This document shows positions 32,901 to 33,899 of a stretch of 64,000 nt of DNA, piece after piece. Under the pieces are notes generated by a model. It was not told the origin of the DNA and ran no database searches. It was given only the letters and a program-made list of their open reading frames with translations. A program made the translations under genes and the position numbers. The first letter of the stretch is position 1, and each line of letters begins with the position of its first letter. Source of the stretch: Bacteroidota bacterium (GTDB taxonomy: Bacteria > Bacteroidota > Bacteroidia > NORP154); the NCBI GenBank assembly GCA_043811005.1, contig JBDRNO010000171.1, positions 227 through 64,226 on the forward strand. Direction: 5' to 3'.

Positions 32901-33478
32901 CCCAAACTGCAATCGGCTGCGGTGAAAGTCAAGCTGATTCTGTTACATTGACCATAAATCCCAAGCCGTTGGTTACTTTAAATACTTACTCTGTTCCTAT
33001 TGCCCTTGGTGATTCGGTAACATTGATAGCTTACAATGCTACAACATATATATGGTCACCTTCGGCAGGTTTAAATACCAATAACGGCTCAACCGTAATA
33101 GCATCACCTGATACTACAAAAACTTATACTGTAACAGGAACAAATGATTGGGGCTGTTCCAATGATGCCAGTGTAATAGTTATTGTGAAAGGAACAGGGA
33201 TTGACGAAAACACCATTGTTCAGAATTTGTCAATATATCCCAATCCCACGAGAGATGTATTTGTTGTAGATTTTATTTCTTCCGAAAGTGGACTTGTAGA
33301 GATCAATTTACAAAACTCCCTGGGGCAAATGCTGATCATTAAGGAAATTGAATCTGATAAAGGTCACTATTACACTCAAACATTCGATGTGAAAGATCTG
33401 GGAACAGGGGTGTATAATTTGCAGATAGTTACTGATAGTGGGGTAATTAATAGTAAAGTGGTGGTGTTTAAAAATTAA
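5954..33478 (+). CDS. Giant (9,174 aa) mosaic cell-surface protein, T9SS type-A cargo
   Basis: One uninterrupted ORF (track 5933..33478). The track start is a TTG; the ATG at 5954 gives MKKKLLQLALILTGISGTGFAQ, which matches the N-termini of the two downstream paralogues, so I use 5954. It ends in a T9SS sorting domain followed by a hairpin. Confidence 0.95.
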   Translation: MKKKLLQLALILTGISGTGFAQPVISYNPDSFNVTLPGCNDSTTLPFTIYNTGSVDLYSDVFNGTVASGGTFDYAYLANSNDGNVSVIDLSNNSIIGSPIPVGMWPMRLSISPDRKYVYVSNRGSNDIDVIQTSDNTVIANIPVGFAPTGIAFTPDGNFAYSCNRDDNNVIMIDCSTYAIVDTITQDMNWPQDIAITPNGKYAYVVNRNSGVTVFETSTNNVIANLPSVSMGHSVVITPDGQFVYVSESVNPGFIMVIDVNTNTIIDSIGIFQQAVGLDITQDGNYIYAGNKWNSSVEVIDVSTNAIITTIMDPRLNNCWGVAISPDGNYVYVTVSWNSPSIVIIDVNTNTVIGDLTASFNGSWDITTIKGATWLSEDPVSDTIVPGDSSIIYVKFKASGLNSGTYTSQILISSNDVVPPIDTIPCTLTVIGVPVLELSDSCLDLDTAMVGGTNLDTVLFINTGCDTLFITSITNSLSEFNVDTFTSVVLPYEYGGAIISFTPTSVTSYFDTLNIFTNDVDTTVCLSGVGIPPAIISVVPDSFDVTILSCSDSVTIPLTIYNTGAANLTYDFNAPCLYMVVTINTQNWGGEVSWEIENEFSVVVMSGSGYADFSTYVDSLCVPPGNYSFYAYDAFGDGWNGGTYDVSVGGVTIANNGGASPDNFFCCGFDLESTEPFTIIGGVFLPSWLSLNPGTPDTLAPGDSAIVDVQFNSTGLGSGQHTYDLNINSNDPVNNPLIVPCTLTVNGVPQLVLSDTCLDLDTAMIGATNYDTVIFMNTGCDTLFITSITNTLSEFNIDTFTSVILPYNWGGAIISFSPTSVGSFLDTLNIFSNDVDTAVCLSGEGIPAPTISFVPDSFNVTLSGCDDSITLPVTIYNAGGGDLDFDVLDGIYSPVAEFGFAYIANSNDNTVSVLDLATNTIVGVPIPVGMYPWRITVKPDGNYVYVSNRDGNSISVIRTSDNTVTATIPVGQRPTGLAFTPDGNYAYVGNRNSNNVMVINCTTNSVVATITQSLNGPQDIAITPDGNYAYVATFNNSVTVIDVGPDTVYANIPGVGSCHSIAITPDGQFIYVTEGWGTNVRVIETATNTILTTIGGFNSPAGIDITPDGNSAWVADRWGSRIVMIDVITNTVVKTVPDPLFNNAWDIGISNDGVYAYVTNPNSFPNTLIIYDIVGDSITGTQLAGNGSRGLSLLKGGVEWMIENPTAGTIVPGDSASVDVTFYASGLTSGTYTANIFIISNDPVTPVDTIPCTLTLNGYPVLELSDTCLDLDTTMVGATNYDTVIFLNTGCDTLFISSITNSLSEFNVDTFTSVVLPYDFGGAIVSFSPTSAGSFFDTLNIFSNDVDTTVCLSGEGIPAPTISFIPDSFNVTLTVCDDSITLPVTIYNTGAGDLDFDVLDGVYSPVVDFGFAYIANSSDNSVSVLDLATNTIVGVPIPVGMYPWRITVKPDGNYVYVSNRDDNTISVIRTSDNTVTATIPVGQRPTGLAFTPDGNYAYVGNRNSNNVMVINCTTNSVVATITQSLNGPQDIAITPDGNYAYVATFNNSVTVIDVGPDTVLINIPGIANCHSIVITPNGQFAYVTEGWNGNVWVIETATNTILTTISSFNNTVGIDITPDGNSVWVVDKWNSQIVMIDVNTNTVVKTVPNPLFNNAWDIGISNDGGYAYVTNPNSFPNTLIIYDIVGDSIAGTQFAGNGSRGLSLLKGGVEWMIENPTAGTIVPGDSASVDVTFYTSGLTSGTYTANIFITSNDPVTPIDTIPCALTFNGYPVLALSDTCLDLDTAMVGTTNNQPLWFYNTGCDTLFVTNITNTVPEFFVDTTQLTLLPGDSGLVIVSFSPASVGTFLDTLDIFNNDVDTTVCLRGEAILAPTISFNPDSFDVTITSCCDSSTLPLTIYNTGGSDLIFDLGIDNQTTPKVLLMNAWGDANAVRTQLVSTGRFVPSDFGILTNPATLSMADLASFDVVLAWGGANWSDPILIGDTLKKFVDQGGGVVIATYSLSAPWPIAGGILNPNYSPFLPGPTQAVSGTIDITTLPDPNHPIFNNISVDPTYWSNISYSNPPLNIGGTLIASDIGGNRVVAENPDGNVIGISVYPDNLGAGNAEARLMFANALYYVNKVDWLSASLSADTITPGDSTIVNLTFNTCDKNTGIYTANLTINSNDPASPLETISCTLTLNGYPVMALSDTCLDLDTAMVGTTNIQPLWFYNTGCDTLFVTNITNILPDFSVDTTMLTLLPGDSGLVIVSFSPASAATFLDTLNVFSNDVDTTVCLSGVGIPTPTIFTIPDSFDVTITSCCDSTTLPLYLYNIGGGDLYINNIDYGGGVPPLFYEPWESGTYLPTWTTGSCGFTYNVTTTDPAVGAYCMEMIGGCSNHYQGLRHAWGTSTPSYVSFRVKSGNAGLSDGYFVIGENPSASTTNQMAFFYMRNTGNMRLAGPDIDFPYLPNQWYHIEFRNIDYGTQTFDWYVDGALVNASTSFRGTNITNNEVHFYNFNSSTSWFDEIVIGDGPPGIEWLTVNPLTDTIAPGDSSLINVEFNNCGLGTGTYIAEIIINSNDHANSFDTVPVTLNSVGSPEIILSDTCLYLDSIMEFTVNTGSVMIYNNGCDTLFVTNITNSLPEYSVDTANFALLPGDSQQVIVTFSPTSAGTFTDTLTIVNNDGDTTVCLLGKAYDSPTISFVPDSFDVTIVGCCDSSTLPLTIYNTGGIDLIFNLQGENDFFDDFESGLGNWSWTGNWGLTPDAYQGANALSESPFGNYGDGWNQYIELIQPIRISEASSCELTYWQKRSMECCCDWFQTQISVNGGGWITLASWNCNDPAWNLKTFDLSGFLTDGDTLGVRFNFTSDGSVNFDGVQIDNVSITGVHSFETWMSGTPLSDTVASGDSTIVNFQFNSCGVNVGSYPANVIIISNDPLNPQDTVPVVLTVQGAPVIELSDTCIDLDTAMQWTTSTNTFRIYNTGCDTLFVSNMTTTLAEFYPDTTALAIPLGDSAQVTVSFSPVTAGNFYDTLIIYNNDVDTSICLSGYAYLAPDIATDPDSFDVTIPACCDSTTQSLTIYNNGGTDLTFTITICSSASLTLDTILNNLNQNYLNVTSVIPSRYDFTDGVAGTNIGDGGGDMYDNGNYLWTNLGGTFNYSDNTVIPDAWLGATGKYFTRKHPGLFVFAADLDGIDWFEITGNLGADGGGNADTATLTATNCGITYKGFVKRVYNAGDPSVNHLIIVENDPAIDYTWTANTDDDQHRIYNLSSAPTTRLYYLLYASTGGGYINNAQTLNIMTEFIKAILPPAGWLSFSLNTDTITPGDSTIIDAQFNTCGMNAGTHTSDIIITSNDPLNSQTAIPATFTVIGVAEIELSDTCLDLDTVMQWSTGNNSFWIYNTGCDTLFVTNMTTSLSEFSTDTTALTILLGDSAQVTVSFSPTTAGNFYDTLIIYNNDVDTSICLSAYAYLAPAISFDPDTFDVSITACCDSLIYPVTIYNTGGSDLIYNSSTISGSVMTYSENFTNGNTYCPGTPQFDNWVSFRSQLDTNLYMFTRVTIKGSNDMTGRSCTDPVMVKQMAGSLWHSVASTWTGCDGNTWMVGMGCGGGCGAPASQIVEFTADGTTCNCTSPGYILRPAIGNNNWGGINGVTCGAPTQTMTVEFEFISWLKLSQTLADTIAPGDSAIVNATFNSCGINAGTYINTIVITSNDPINSPDTIPVTFTINGAPEIALSDSCLYLDSIIQYSSNTETFYIRNIGCDTLFVSDINNSLTEFSVSDTAGYIMPGDSAEIIVTFAPLTDGFFQDTLTIFNNDADTTVCLSAYAYLAPVISYVPDSFDVTLAACCDSVTYPLTIYNTGGSDLAVELAGTGTMGTPDVALVTAEEAAYNTDVRNKLIATGAFNSVTLVDARFTTPTLADLQNYDAVLVWRNYGFNNAALLGDNLADYVDGGGGVVTAVFANSSSTITGRFNSDDYWVIPPVGDVTGAQSMGTVFFPAHPIMQGVTSFNGGTTAWRVSNFNVHASATRIADWVDGRPLVATRLINDAYRVDLGMFPPSSDIIGGGWVSSTDGALLMANSLLWSIDGGAASWLSVNPETDTIAPGDSSLFNVEFNSCGQNTGTYFSDIIIMSNDPLTPQDTILAVFTVQGAPEIVLSDSCLYLDSIMEYTFSVNSFWIFNTGCDTLFVTDINNSTPEYGVTDTAFTIPLGDSALVMVWFAPASVGFFQDTLTILNNDTDITVCLSGYGYGRPIISTDPDSFDVALNGCCDSIIVPMTIYNSGLSDLTWNSCSNTGIYDDFDPIDGSAWSSYSGIASANCGSVSGNAMYFNAAGIREATTIDMDVQCINAISFYLKVANGTAFPCESADAGEDVVLEYSTDGGAFWNNIFTYDQDNYANFTYINEPIPPPAQTSSTRFRWRQLSHSGSVNDHWAIEDVFIGDTVSIASMSPDTGTIVSGDSAIVNVIFDGCGLAPGSYSDSVIINSNDPLNPQIVLDATITKDTMPGAPVASDTTICFGDPTPDLTATGTNIQWYDDPLLDSVIFSGNPFASGDTVAGIYTYYVTQTVNGCESPEDTSVLTINAGPPAPVATDTTICFGNPTPDLIAAGTNIKWYSDPLLDTLVFTGSPFASGDTAIGIYNYYVTDSITGCIPSTADTASLTINFVPTAPGSSDTTICFGDPTPDLIATGSNIKWYSDSSLTTLEFVGDSFASGDTAVGIYIYYAMDSINGCAGPYTVVTLSINGAPTAPPDSDTTICYGDPIPDLVATGTYIQWYSDTGLTTLVFSGDTFATGDSTVGAHIYYVTDSVSGCAASPADTAILFINAIPPAPIASDSAICFGDPPGELTATGTNLQWYSDSLLDTLVWIGDPFTTGETGAGTYTYFVTQTVSGCESPADTVTLTIYATPAPDSSDTTICSGDPTPDLTATGTNIKWYSDSLLDTLLFSGNPFATGETAVGIYIYYVTDSLNGCESPGTMVTLTINAGPGVPVASDTAICFGDPTPDLTATGTNIQWYDDPLLDYVIYTGSPFATGETAAGIYTWYVTDSILGCPEGPADTVTLTINAIPSVPVSSDTLICFGNPTPDLSATGSNIQWYSDPGLTVLEFSGNPFATGETVAGSYTYYATQTVSNCESPSVTVTLTINDIPATPAVSDTAICFGDPTPDLVASGTNIQWYDDGGLTNLVFTGSPFATGNTAAGTYTYYVTDSVNGCPASPADTVTLIINAIPAAPLASDTASCVGDTVPDLIAVGANIQWYDDTLLTIPVFIGDTFTTGDTLPGTYIYYATQTVNNCESPADTVTLTIYSTPAPTSSDTTICFGDPTPDLSATGSNIQWYSDPALTTWEFSGNPFTSGDVAVGIYTYYATQTLNSCEGPAVSVILTINAGPGIPVASDTAICFGDTIPDLTSTGTNIQWYDDPLLDSVISTGSPFVTGETAVGIYTYYVTDSVTGCAEGTPDTAVLTINAIPTAPVSSDTIICFGDPTPDLSATGSNIQWYSDSALTTLEFSGNPFSSGDVAVGVYIYYSTQTVSGCESPGTAVTLTINAPPAVPAGSDTAICFGDPTPDLTASGLYIQWYSDTGLTTLEFAGDTFVTGETAAGTYNYYVTDSVIGCAQSIPDTATLIINAIPSAPIASDTASCVGDTTPDLIAVGANIQWYDDTLLTIPVFIGDTFTTGDTLPGIYTYYATQTVNNCESPADTVTLTIYSTPAPTSSDTTICFGDPTPDLSVTGSNIQWYSDPALTTLEFSGNPFSSGDTTVGIYTYYATQTLNNCEGPAVAVTLTINAGPGVPVASDTAICFGDPTPDLTSTGTNIQWYDDPLLDSVIATVSPFATGETAVGTYVYYVTDSVTGCSEGTPDTAVLTINAIPTAPVSSDTIICFGDPTPDLSATGSNIQWYSDSALTTLEFSGNPFSSGDVAVGVYIYYATQTVNNCESPGTTVTLTINAPPAVPAGSDTAICFGDQTPDLTASGLYNQWYSDAGLTILEFAGDTFVTGETAAATYTYYVTDSVTGCAQSIPDTATLIINAIPLAPIASDTASCVGDTVPDLIAVGANIQWYDDTLLTIPVFIGDTFTTGDTTAGIFIYYVTQTVNNCESPADTVTLTIYSTPAPTSSDTTICFVDPTPDLSATGSGIQWYSDSALTTLEFSGNPFSSGDTIVGIFTYYATQTLNNCEGPAVIVTLTINAGPGIPVASDTAICFGDTVPDLTSTGTNIQWYDDPLLDSVIFTGNPFATGETAVGIYTYYVTDSVTGCAEGTPDTAVLTINTIPTAPASSDTIICFGDPTPDLSATGSNIQWYSDSALTTLEFSGNPFSSGDVAVGVYIYYATQTVSGCESSGTAVTLTINAPPAAPAASADTAICFGDPTPDLTSSGTNIQWYSDTGLTTLEFAGDTFATGETATGTYTYYVTDSVSGCSQSPAVTVTLIINVLPSVPVAPDTAICFGDTVPDLVATGDSIQWYSDPLLDTLVYSGSSFATGNTTAGIYTYYVTQTDTVTLCESYQDTVTLTINSIPLAPISSDEIVCYGDPVPNLVATGTNVQWYSDSLLDSLVYSGSSFATGDTAEGTYIYYATQTQNNCESPAITVTLSINTGPSVPAATADTAICFGDTTPDITASGTYIQWYSDPLLDSVVFTGSPFATGVTAVGIYTWYVTDSVPGCVASIADTVTFTINAIPLAPVSSDTTVCFGEPTPDLVASGTNIQWYSDSLLTALVFSGDTYATGNIADSVYTYYATQTINGCESPATTVVLTILPAPPMPTASDTIVCYGDPVPDLTATGTNIQWYSDPLLDTLVFSGSPFATGDTAIGVYTYYVVDSTGSCFSQVNPVTLTITSYPILTLSDTCLDLGPIIEFTTITDTLFFFNPGCDTLQITNITNSTPEFSVDTTYISVLPGNTGQVIVTFAPTASGIYLDTLNITSNDVDDTVCLSGSALGAPVIAALPDSFNVAFDGCCDSSVSTLTIYNTGVTDLICNISTDSIWLGVSISAETVAAGDSAIVAVTFNGCIMNPGTYIASITISSNDPLNPFVIIPVTLVKDPLPASPSAVLTEVCFGDSVPALIANGGDTILWYDDPGLTNLVFVGDTFATGDTAIGAYTYYITSMVHSCESLPDSVTLAINTPPSAPVASDTTICFGVATPDLIASGTYIQWYSDTGLTTLVYAGGTFPTGMTADSVYTWYVTDSTGGCSESPADTATLTIIPAPVPPVVSSDTVICFGDPTPSFTATGDSILWYTDPLLITPVFSGATFAPADTAPGVYTYYATQTDTSVSNCQSPADSVILTINEIPSAPATAGDTSICVGSPTPELVAFGSYLRWYDDIGLTNLVFSGDTFQPADTVVGVFEYFVTDSVATCAQGPASMVTLTINTLSTIPVATDTTICYGYPTPALIATGTYIKWYSDSGLSNLVFSGDTFPSGDSLAGIYTYYVTDSVGGCPATSADTAILTINTLPSAPALSDTTICYGDPTPDLVASGTLIKWYSDSLLDTMVFSGSSFTTGETAAGLYIYYTTQTDTLTGCESPATMITLTINAIPAAPTATDETVCEGDSVPDLIATGVNIIWYSDTGLSVVEFSGDTFATGQIIPGTFTYYVTQTVLDCESPADTVTLVILPTPSVPTASDETACEGSAIPDLIATGTDIKWYSDSSLTILSDTGNTYATGQTVPGTYTYYVTDSLPGCSGLSASVALTIIPMPVAPTASDSVICYGEPTPDMVATGTLIRWYDDILLQNLIYSGDTLVPADTAAGIYLYYATQTDTVTLCEGPAITVSLTINALPSIPTASDEVACEGAAVPDLVASGSNITWYSDTSLSVIEFIGDTFTTGDSVAGTYIYYVTQTILSCEGPADTVSLNILLSVPAPTASDEIGCEGGTIPDLSATGSNIQWYNSPLLDTVIFTGSFFATGDTALGTYTWYVTDSVPGCAESAADTVTLTINAIPSAPVSSDTTICFGDPTPDLVASGTIIQWYSDSLLTALVYSGNTYATGNTLDSIYTYYATQTINGCESPATSVILTILPAPPMPAATDVIVCWGDSVPDLTATGANIQWYSDPLLDTLVFSGSPFTTGDTAIGTNTYYVVDSSGSCFSPVNTVTLTITSYPILTLSDTCLDLGAIIELTSSTDILFFFNPGCDTLQITNITNTTPEYSVDTTSITVLPGDTGQLIVTFSPAASGTYLDTLNITSNDVDATVCLSGSALGAPVIAALPDSFNVAFNGCCDSSVSTLTISNTGATDLICNISTDSIWLGVSTTTDTVATGDSSLIAVTFNGCIMNPGTYTASITIGSNDPLDPSVIIPVTLVKDSLPSSPSAVLTEVCFGDSVPALIATGGDTILWYDDPGLTNLVFVGDTFATGETAIGAYTYYITSMVDSCESIADSVTLGINTPASAPVAPDTTVCFGVATPDLIASGTYIQWYSDTGLTTLVFSGDNFPTGMTADSVYTWYVTDSTGGCSASPADTATLTIIPAPVPPVASADTIICFGDPIPSFAATGDSILWYNDPLLITPIFSGDTFAPADTAPGVYTYYVTQTDTSISNCQSPADSALLTINAIPSAPVTSGDTAICLGNPTPDLIAFGSYIRWYDDSGLTSLVFVGDTFQPVDSIVGIYTYYVTDSVATCSQGPANTVTLTINVLSTVPTPTDTTICYGDPTPDLIATGTYIKWYSDSDLTNLVFSGDTFPSGDTAAGIYTYYVTDSVGGCPATPADTATLTINALPAAPIANDTTICFGETTPDLVATGVGIRWYNDSLLDTLVFTGDTFPTGDTITGIYTYYATQTDTLTNCESPAVTVILTINPIPTAPTSTGVTECEGNPIPDLTATGTNIQWYSDTALTVLEFSGDTFATGQTVAGTYTYYVTQTLLGCESPADTVSLVILPTPSAPVALDESACEGGTIPDLTAIGTNIKWYGDPGLTNQVCTGNTFATGQTSPGIYTYYVTDSLPGCPGPATTVTLTINTMPGAPTANDVTICYGEPTPDLTATGTNVQWYKDPTLLILSYSGNTFATGVTAVGIYTWYVTQTAIGCGESQADSVTLTINPKPLVTLNTYSVPIALGDSVTLIAYNATTYIWSPSAGLNTNNGSTVIASPDTTKTYTVTGTNDWGCSNDASVIVIVKGTGIDENTIVQNLSIYPNPTRDVFVVDFISSESGLVEINLQNSLGQMLIIKEIESDKGHYYTQTFDVKDLGTGVYNLQIVTDSGVINSKVVVFKN
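6174..7030 (+). other. YVTN-family beta-propeller 1
   Basis: ~40-aa repeats: YAYLANSNDGNVSVIDL...PVGMWPMRLSISPDRKYVYVSNRGSNDIDVI...PVGFAPTGIAFTPDGNFAYSCNRDDNNVIMID...PQDIAITPNGKYAYVVNR... Confidence 0.8.
7672..7990 (+). other. Unassigned ~105-aa domain with an SWEI ... GDGWNGG signature
   Basis: APCLYMVVTINTQNWGGEVSWEIENEFSVVVMSGSGYADFSTYVDSLCVPPGNYSFYAYDAFGDGWNGGTYDVSVGGVTIANNGGASPDNFFCCGFDLESTEPFTI. Only one copy in the window. Confidence 0.5.
8651..9545 (+). other. YVTN-family beta-propeller 2
   Basis: FAYIANSNDNTVSVLDLATNTIVGVPIPVGMYPWRITVKPDGNYVYVSNRDGNSISVI...PTGLAFTPDGNYAYVGNRNSNNVMVIN... Confidence 0.8.
10184..11078 (+). other. YVTN-family beta-propeller 3 (recent duplicate of propeller 2)
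   Basis: FAYIANSSDNSVSVLDLATNTIVGVPIPVGMYPWRITVKPDGNYVYVSNRDDNTISVI..., near-identical to 8651-9545. Confidence 0.8.
11705..12306 (+). other. Flavodoxin-like / class-I glutamine-amidotransferase-like (ThuA/DUF4159-type) domain, copy A (tentative)
   Basis: KVLLMNAWGDANAVRTQLVSTGRFVP...PATLSMADLASFDVVLAWGGANWSDPILIGDTLKKFVDQGGGVVIATYS...HPIFNNIS...ARLMFANALYYV. I named it from the pattern only (buried beta strands, a GGG(V)V loop, a terminal helix); no catalytic Cys is evident. Confidence 0.35.
12943..13475 (+). other. Concanavalin-A-like / LamG-like jelly-roll domain (tentative)
   Basis: FYEPWESGTYLPTWTTG...SYVSFRVKSGNAGLSDGYFVIGE...NQWYHIEFRNIDYGTQTFDWYVDGALVNASTSFRG...VHFYNFNSSTSWFDEIVIG. 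Confidence 0.4.
14101..14542 (+). other. MAM-like / choice-of-anchor-J-like jelly-roll domain (tentative)
   Basis: NDFFDDFESGLGNWSWTGNWGLTPDAYQGANALSESP...CELTYWQKRSMECCCDWFQTQISVNGGGWITLASWN...LSGFLTDGDTLGVRFNFTSDGSVNFDGVQIDNVSITG. Confidence 0.4.
15174..15806 (+). other. Unassigned conserved ~210-aa domain (DGGGDMYD-GNYL signature), copy in gene 1
   Basis: LDTILNNLNQNY..VTSVIPSRYDFTDGVAGTNIGDGGGDMYDNGNYLWTNLGGTFNYSDNTVIPDAWLGATGKYFTRKHPGLFVFAADLDGIDWFEITGNLGADGGGNAD...FVKRVYNAGDPSVNHLIIVEN...DDDQHRIYNL...LYYLLYASTGGGYINNAQTLNIM. Paralogous copies at 42973-43595 and 58521-59140. Confidence 0.6.
16435..16885 (+). other. Unassigned Cys-rich ~150-aa domain (CGGGCGAP signature), copy in gene 1
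   Basis: MTYSENFTNGNTYCPGTPQFDNWVSFRSQLDTNLYMFTRVTIKGSNDMTGRSCTDPVMVKQMAGSLWHSVASTWTGCDGNTWMVGMGCGGGCGAPASQIVEFTADGTTCNCTSPGYILRPAIGNNNWGGINGVTCGAPTQTMTVEFEF. Paralogue at 60397-60852. Confidence 0.6.
17510..18132 (+). other. Flavodoxin-like / GATase1-like domain, copy B (tentative)
   Basis: PDVALVTAEEAAYNTDVRNKLIATGAFNSVTLVDARFTTPTLADLQNYDAVLVWRNYGFNNAALLGDNLADYVDGGGGVVTAVFA...HPIMQGVTSF...ALLMANSLLWSI. Colinear with copy A. Confidence 0.35.
18764..19200 (+). other. Reelin-subrepeat-like beta-sandwich domain (tentative)
   Basis: IYDDFDPIDGSAWSS...CGSVSGNAMYFNAAGIREATTIDMD...ISFYLKVANGTAFPCESADAGEDVVLEYSTDGGAFWNNI...PAQTSSTRFRWRQLSHSG..DHWAIEDVFIGD. The V-LEYS-DGG-W, TRFRWRQ and WAI(D/E)-V-IG pattern recalls reelin repeat B-type subrepeats. 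Confidence 0.5.
19390..26380 (+). repeat. Array 1 of ~80-aa (about 240-bp) two-Cys Ig-like repeats, 29 copies
   Basis: Consensus: SDT-ICFGDPTPDL-ATGTNIQWYSDP-L-TLVFSG-PFATG-TA-GIYTYYVTQT-NGCESP-DTVTLTIN. I counted 29 C-x-G starts in the translation. It resembles the Ig-like domain family found in large Cytophaga-type (CHU) surface proteins. Confidence 0.85.
21551..25162 (+). repeat. Higher-order repeat: 3 x 1203 bp (third copy 1206 bp), each spanning five Ig-like domains
   Basis: The codon aat of the (I/L)INAIP motif sits at 21551, 22754 and 23957. The copies read ...ASDTASCVGDT(V/T)PDLIAVGANIQWYDDTLLTIPVFIGDTFTTGDT... and are roughly 90 percent identical by eye. Confidence 0.9.
26381..26990 (+). 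repeat. Scaffold interlude (two ASH/choice-of-anchor-D-like beta-sandwiches) between Ig arrays, copy 1 of 3
   Basis: YPILTLSDTCLDLGPIIEFTT..FFFNPGCDTLQITNITNSTPEFSVDT...VTFAPTASGIYLDTLNITSNDVDDTVCLSGSALGAPVIAALPDSFNVAFDGCCDSSVSTLTIYNTGVTDL...SSNDPLNP. Near-identical copies at 30151 and 51477. Confidence 0.8.
26990..30150 (+). repeat. Array 2 of Ig-like repeats, 13 copies (mixed CFG and CEG subtypes)
   Basis: Starts EVCFGDSVPALIANGGDTILWYDD. Includes ETVCEGDSVPDL, ETACEGSAIPDL and EVACEGAAVPDL units. Confidence 0.85.
30151..30760 (+). repeat. Scaffold interlude, copy 2 of 3
   Basis: accagttacccgatcctaaccttgtcagacacatgcctgg at 30147 matches 26377 (offset 3770) and 51473 in gene 2. Confidence 0.8.
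30760..32960 (+). repeat. Array 3 of Ig-like repeats, 9 copies
   Basis: Colinear with the first units of array 2 and with gene 2 array C. Confidence 0.85.
32960..33190 (+). other. Distinct terminal Ig-like domain preceding the sorting signal
   Basis: PKPLVTLNTYSVPIALGDSVTLIAYNATTYIWSPSAGLNTNNGSTVIASPDTTKTYTVTGTNDWGCSNDASVIVIVKG. Confidence 0.5.
33221..33475 (+). other. T9SS type-A C-terminal sorting domain
   Basis: NLSIYPNPTRDVFVVDFISSESGLVEINLQNSLGQMLIIKEIESDKGHYYTQTFDVKDLGTGVYNLQIVTDSGVINSKVVVFKN. Shows the YPNP motif, a G-x-Y-x-(L/V)-x-(I/V) motif and a terminal K-(V/I)-(V/I) strand. Confidence 0.85.
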
Positions 33479-33489
33479 AAGTAGAAAAT

Positions 33490-33522
33490 AGACCTCACAG
33501 GTTTCCAAAACCTGTGAGGTCT
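33490..33522 (+). terminator. Perfect 15-bp-stem hairpin 12 nt after the gene 1 stop (likely intrinsic terminator, no clear U-tract)
   Basis: agacctcacaggttt-cca-aaacctgtgaggtct. Confidence 0.6.
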
Positions 33523-33891
33523 GATCTGTTCATTCTGAGCCCCGCCATCCGTTAGCCAGTATGTAAGCCATAACGGGGTGAAGAAATTCCCGGCTATTTG
33601 CACCAACCCATCAACAAGCATCTTACCGGGGACGGTGGGTTCAGCCGAACCGACAATCAGGGTGGGGGGGGAGTTAACGCGTTAGCTTTCCCATGTTTTT
33701 AGGGGGAGATACAGAGGGGGTAAAAAATCTTTGCAATACTTTATTCCTTAATCACTTCGTAAACTTCAAAAATACCCCATTTCCCCTGCGTTACTCCAAT
33801 CCAGCCATCCCGCATTTTAACTACCAAAATTTGATTCAGATGTCAAGTTTTTTTATTATATTAAGTATAAATATTTATAATAATAATATGC

Positions 33892-33899
33892 TATATTTG
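33892..33899 (+). promoter_or_regulatory. Candidate Bacteroidota -7 promoter box (TAnnTTTG) for gene 2
   Basis: TATATTTG, 77 nt upstream of the ATG at 33976, in very AT-rich sequence. Confidence 0.3.

Noticed and set aside
33523-33700. Possible tRNA or other structured RNA in the GC-richer stretch after gene 1 (contains the ggttc-agcc-gaacc mini-hairpin and the G8 tract)
   Set aside because: I could not fold a cloverleaf or find conserved tRNA boxes by eye. The stretch is not conserved in the equivalent position after gene 2. It is mentioned only as part of the intergenic finding.
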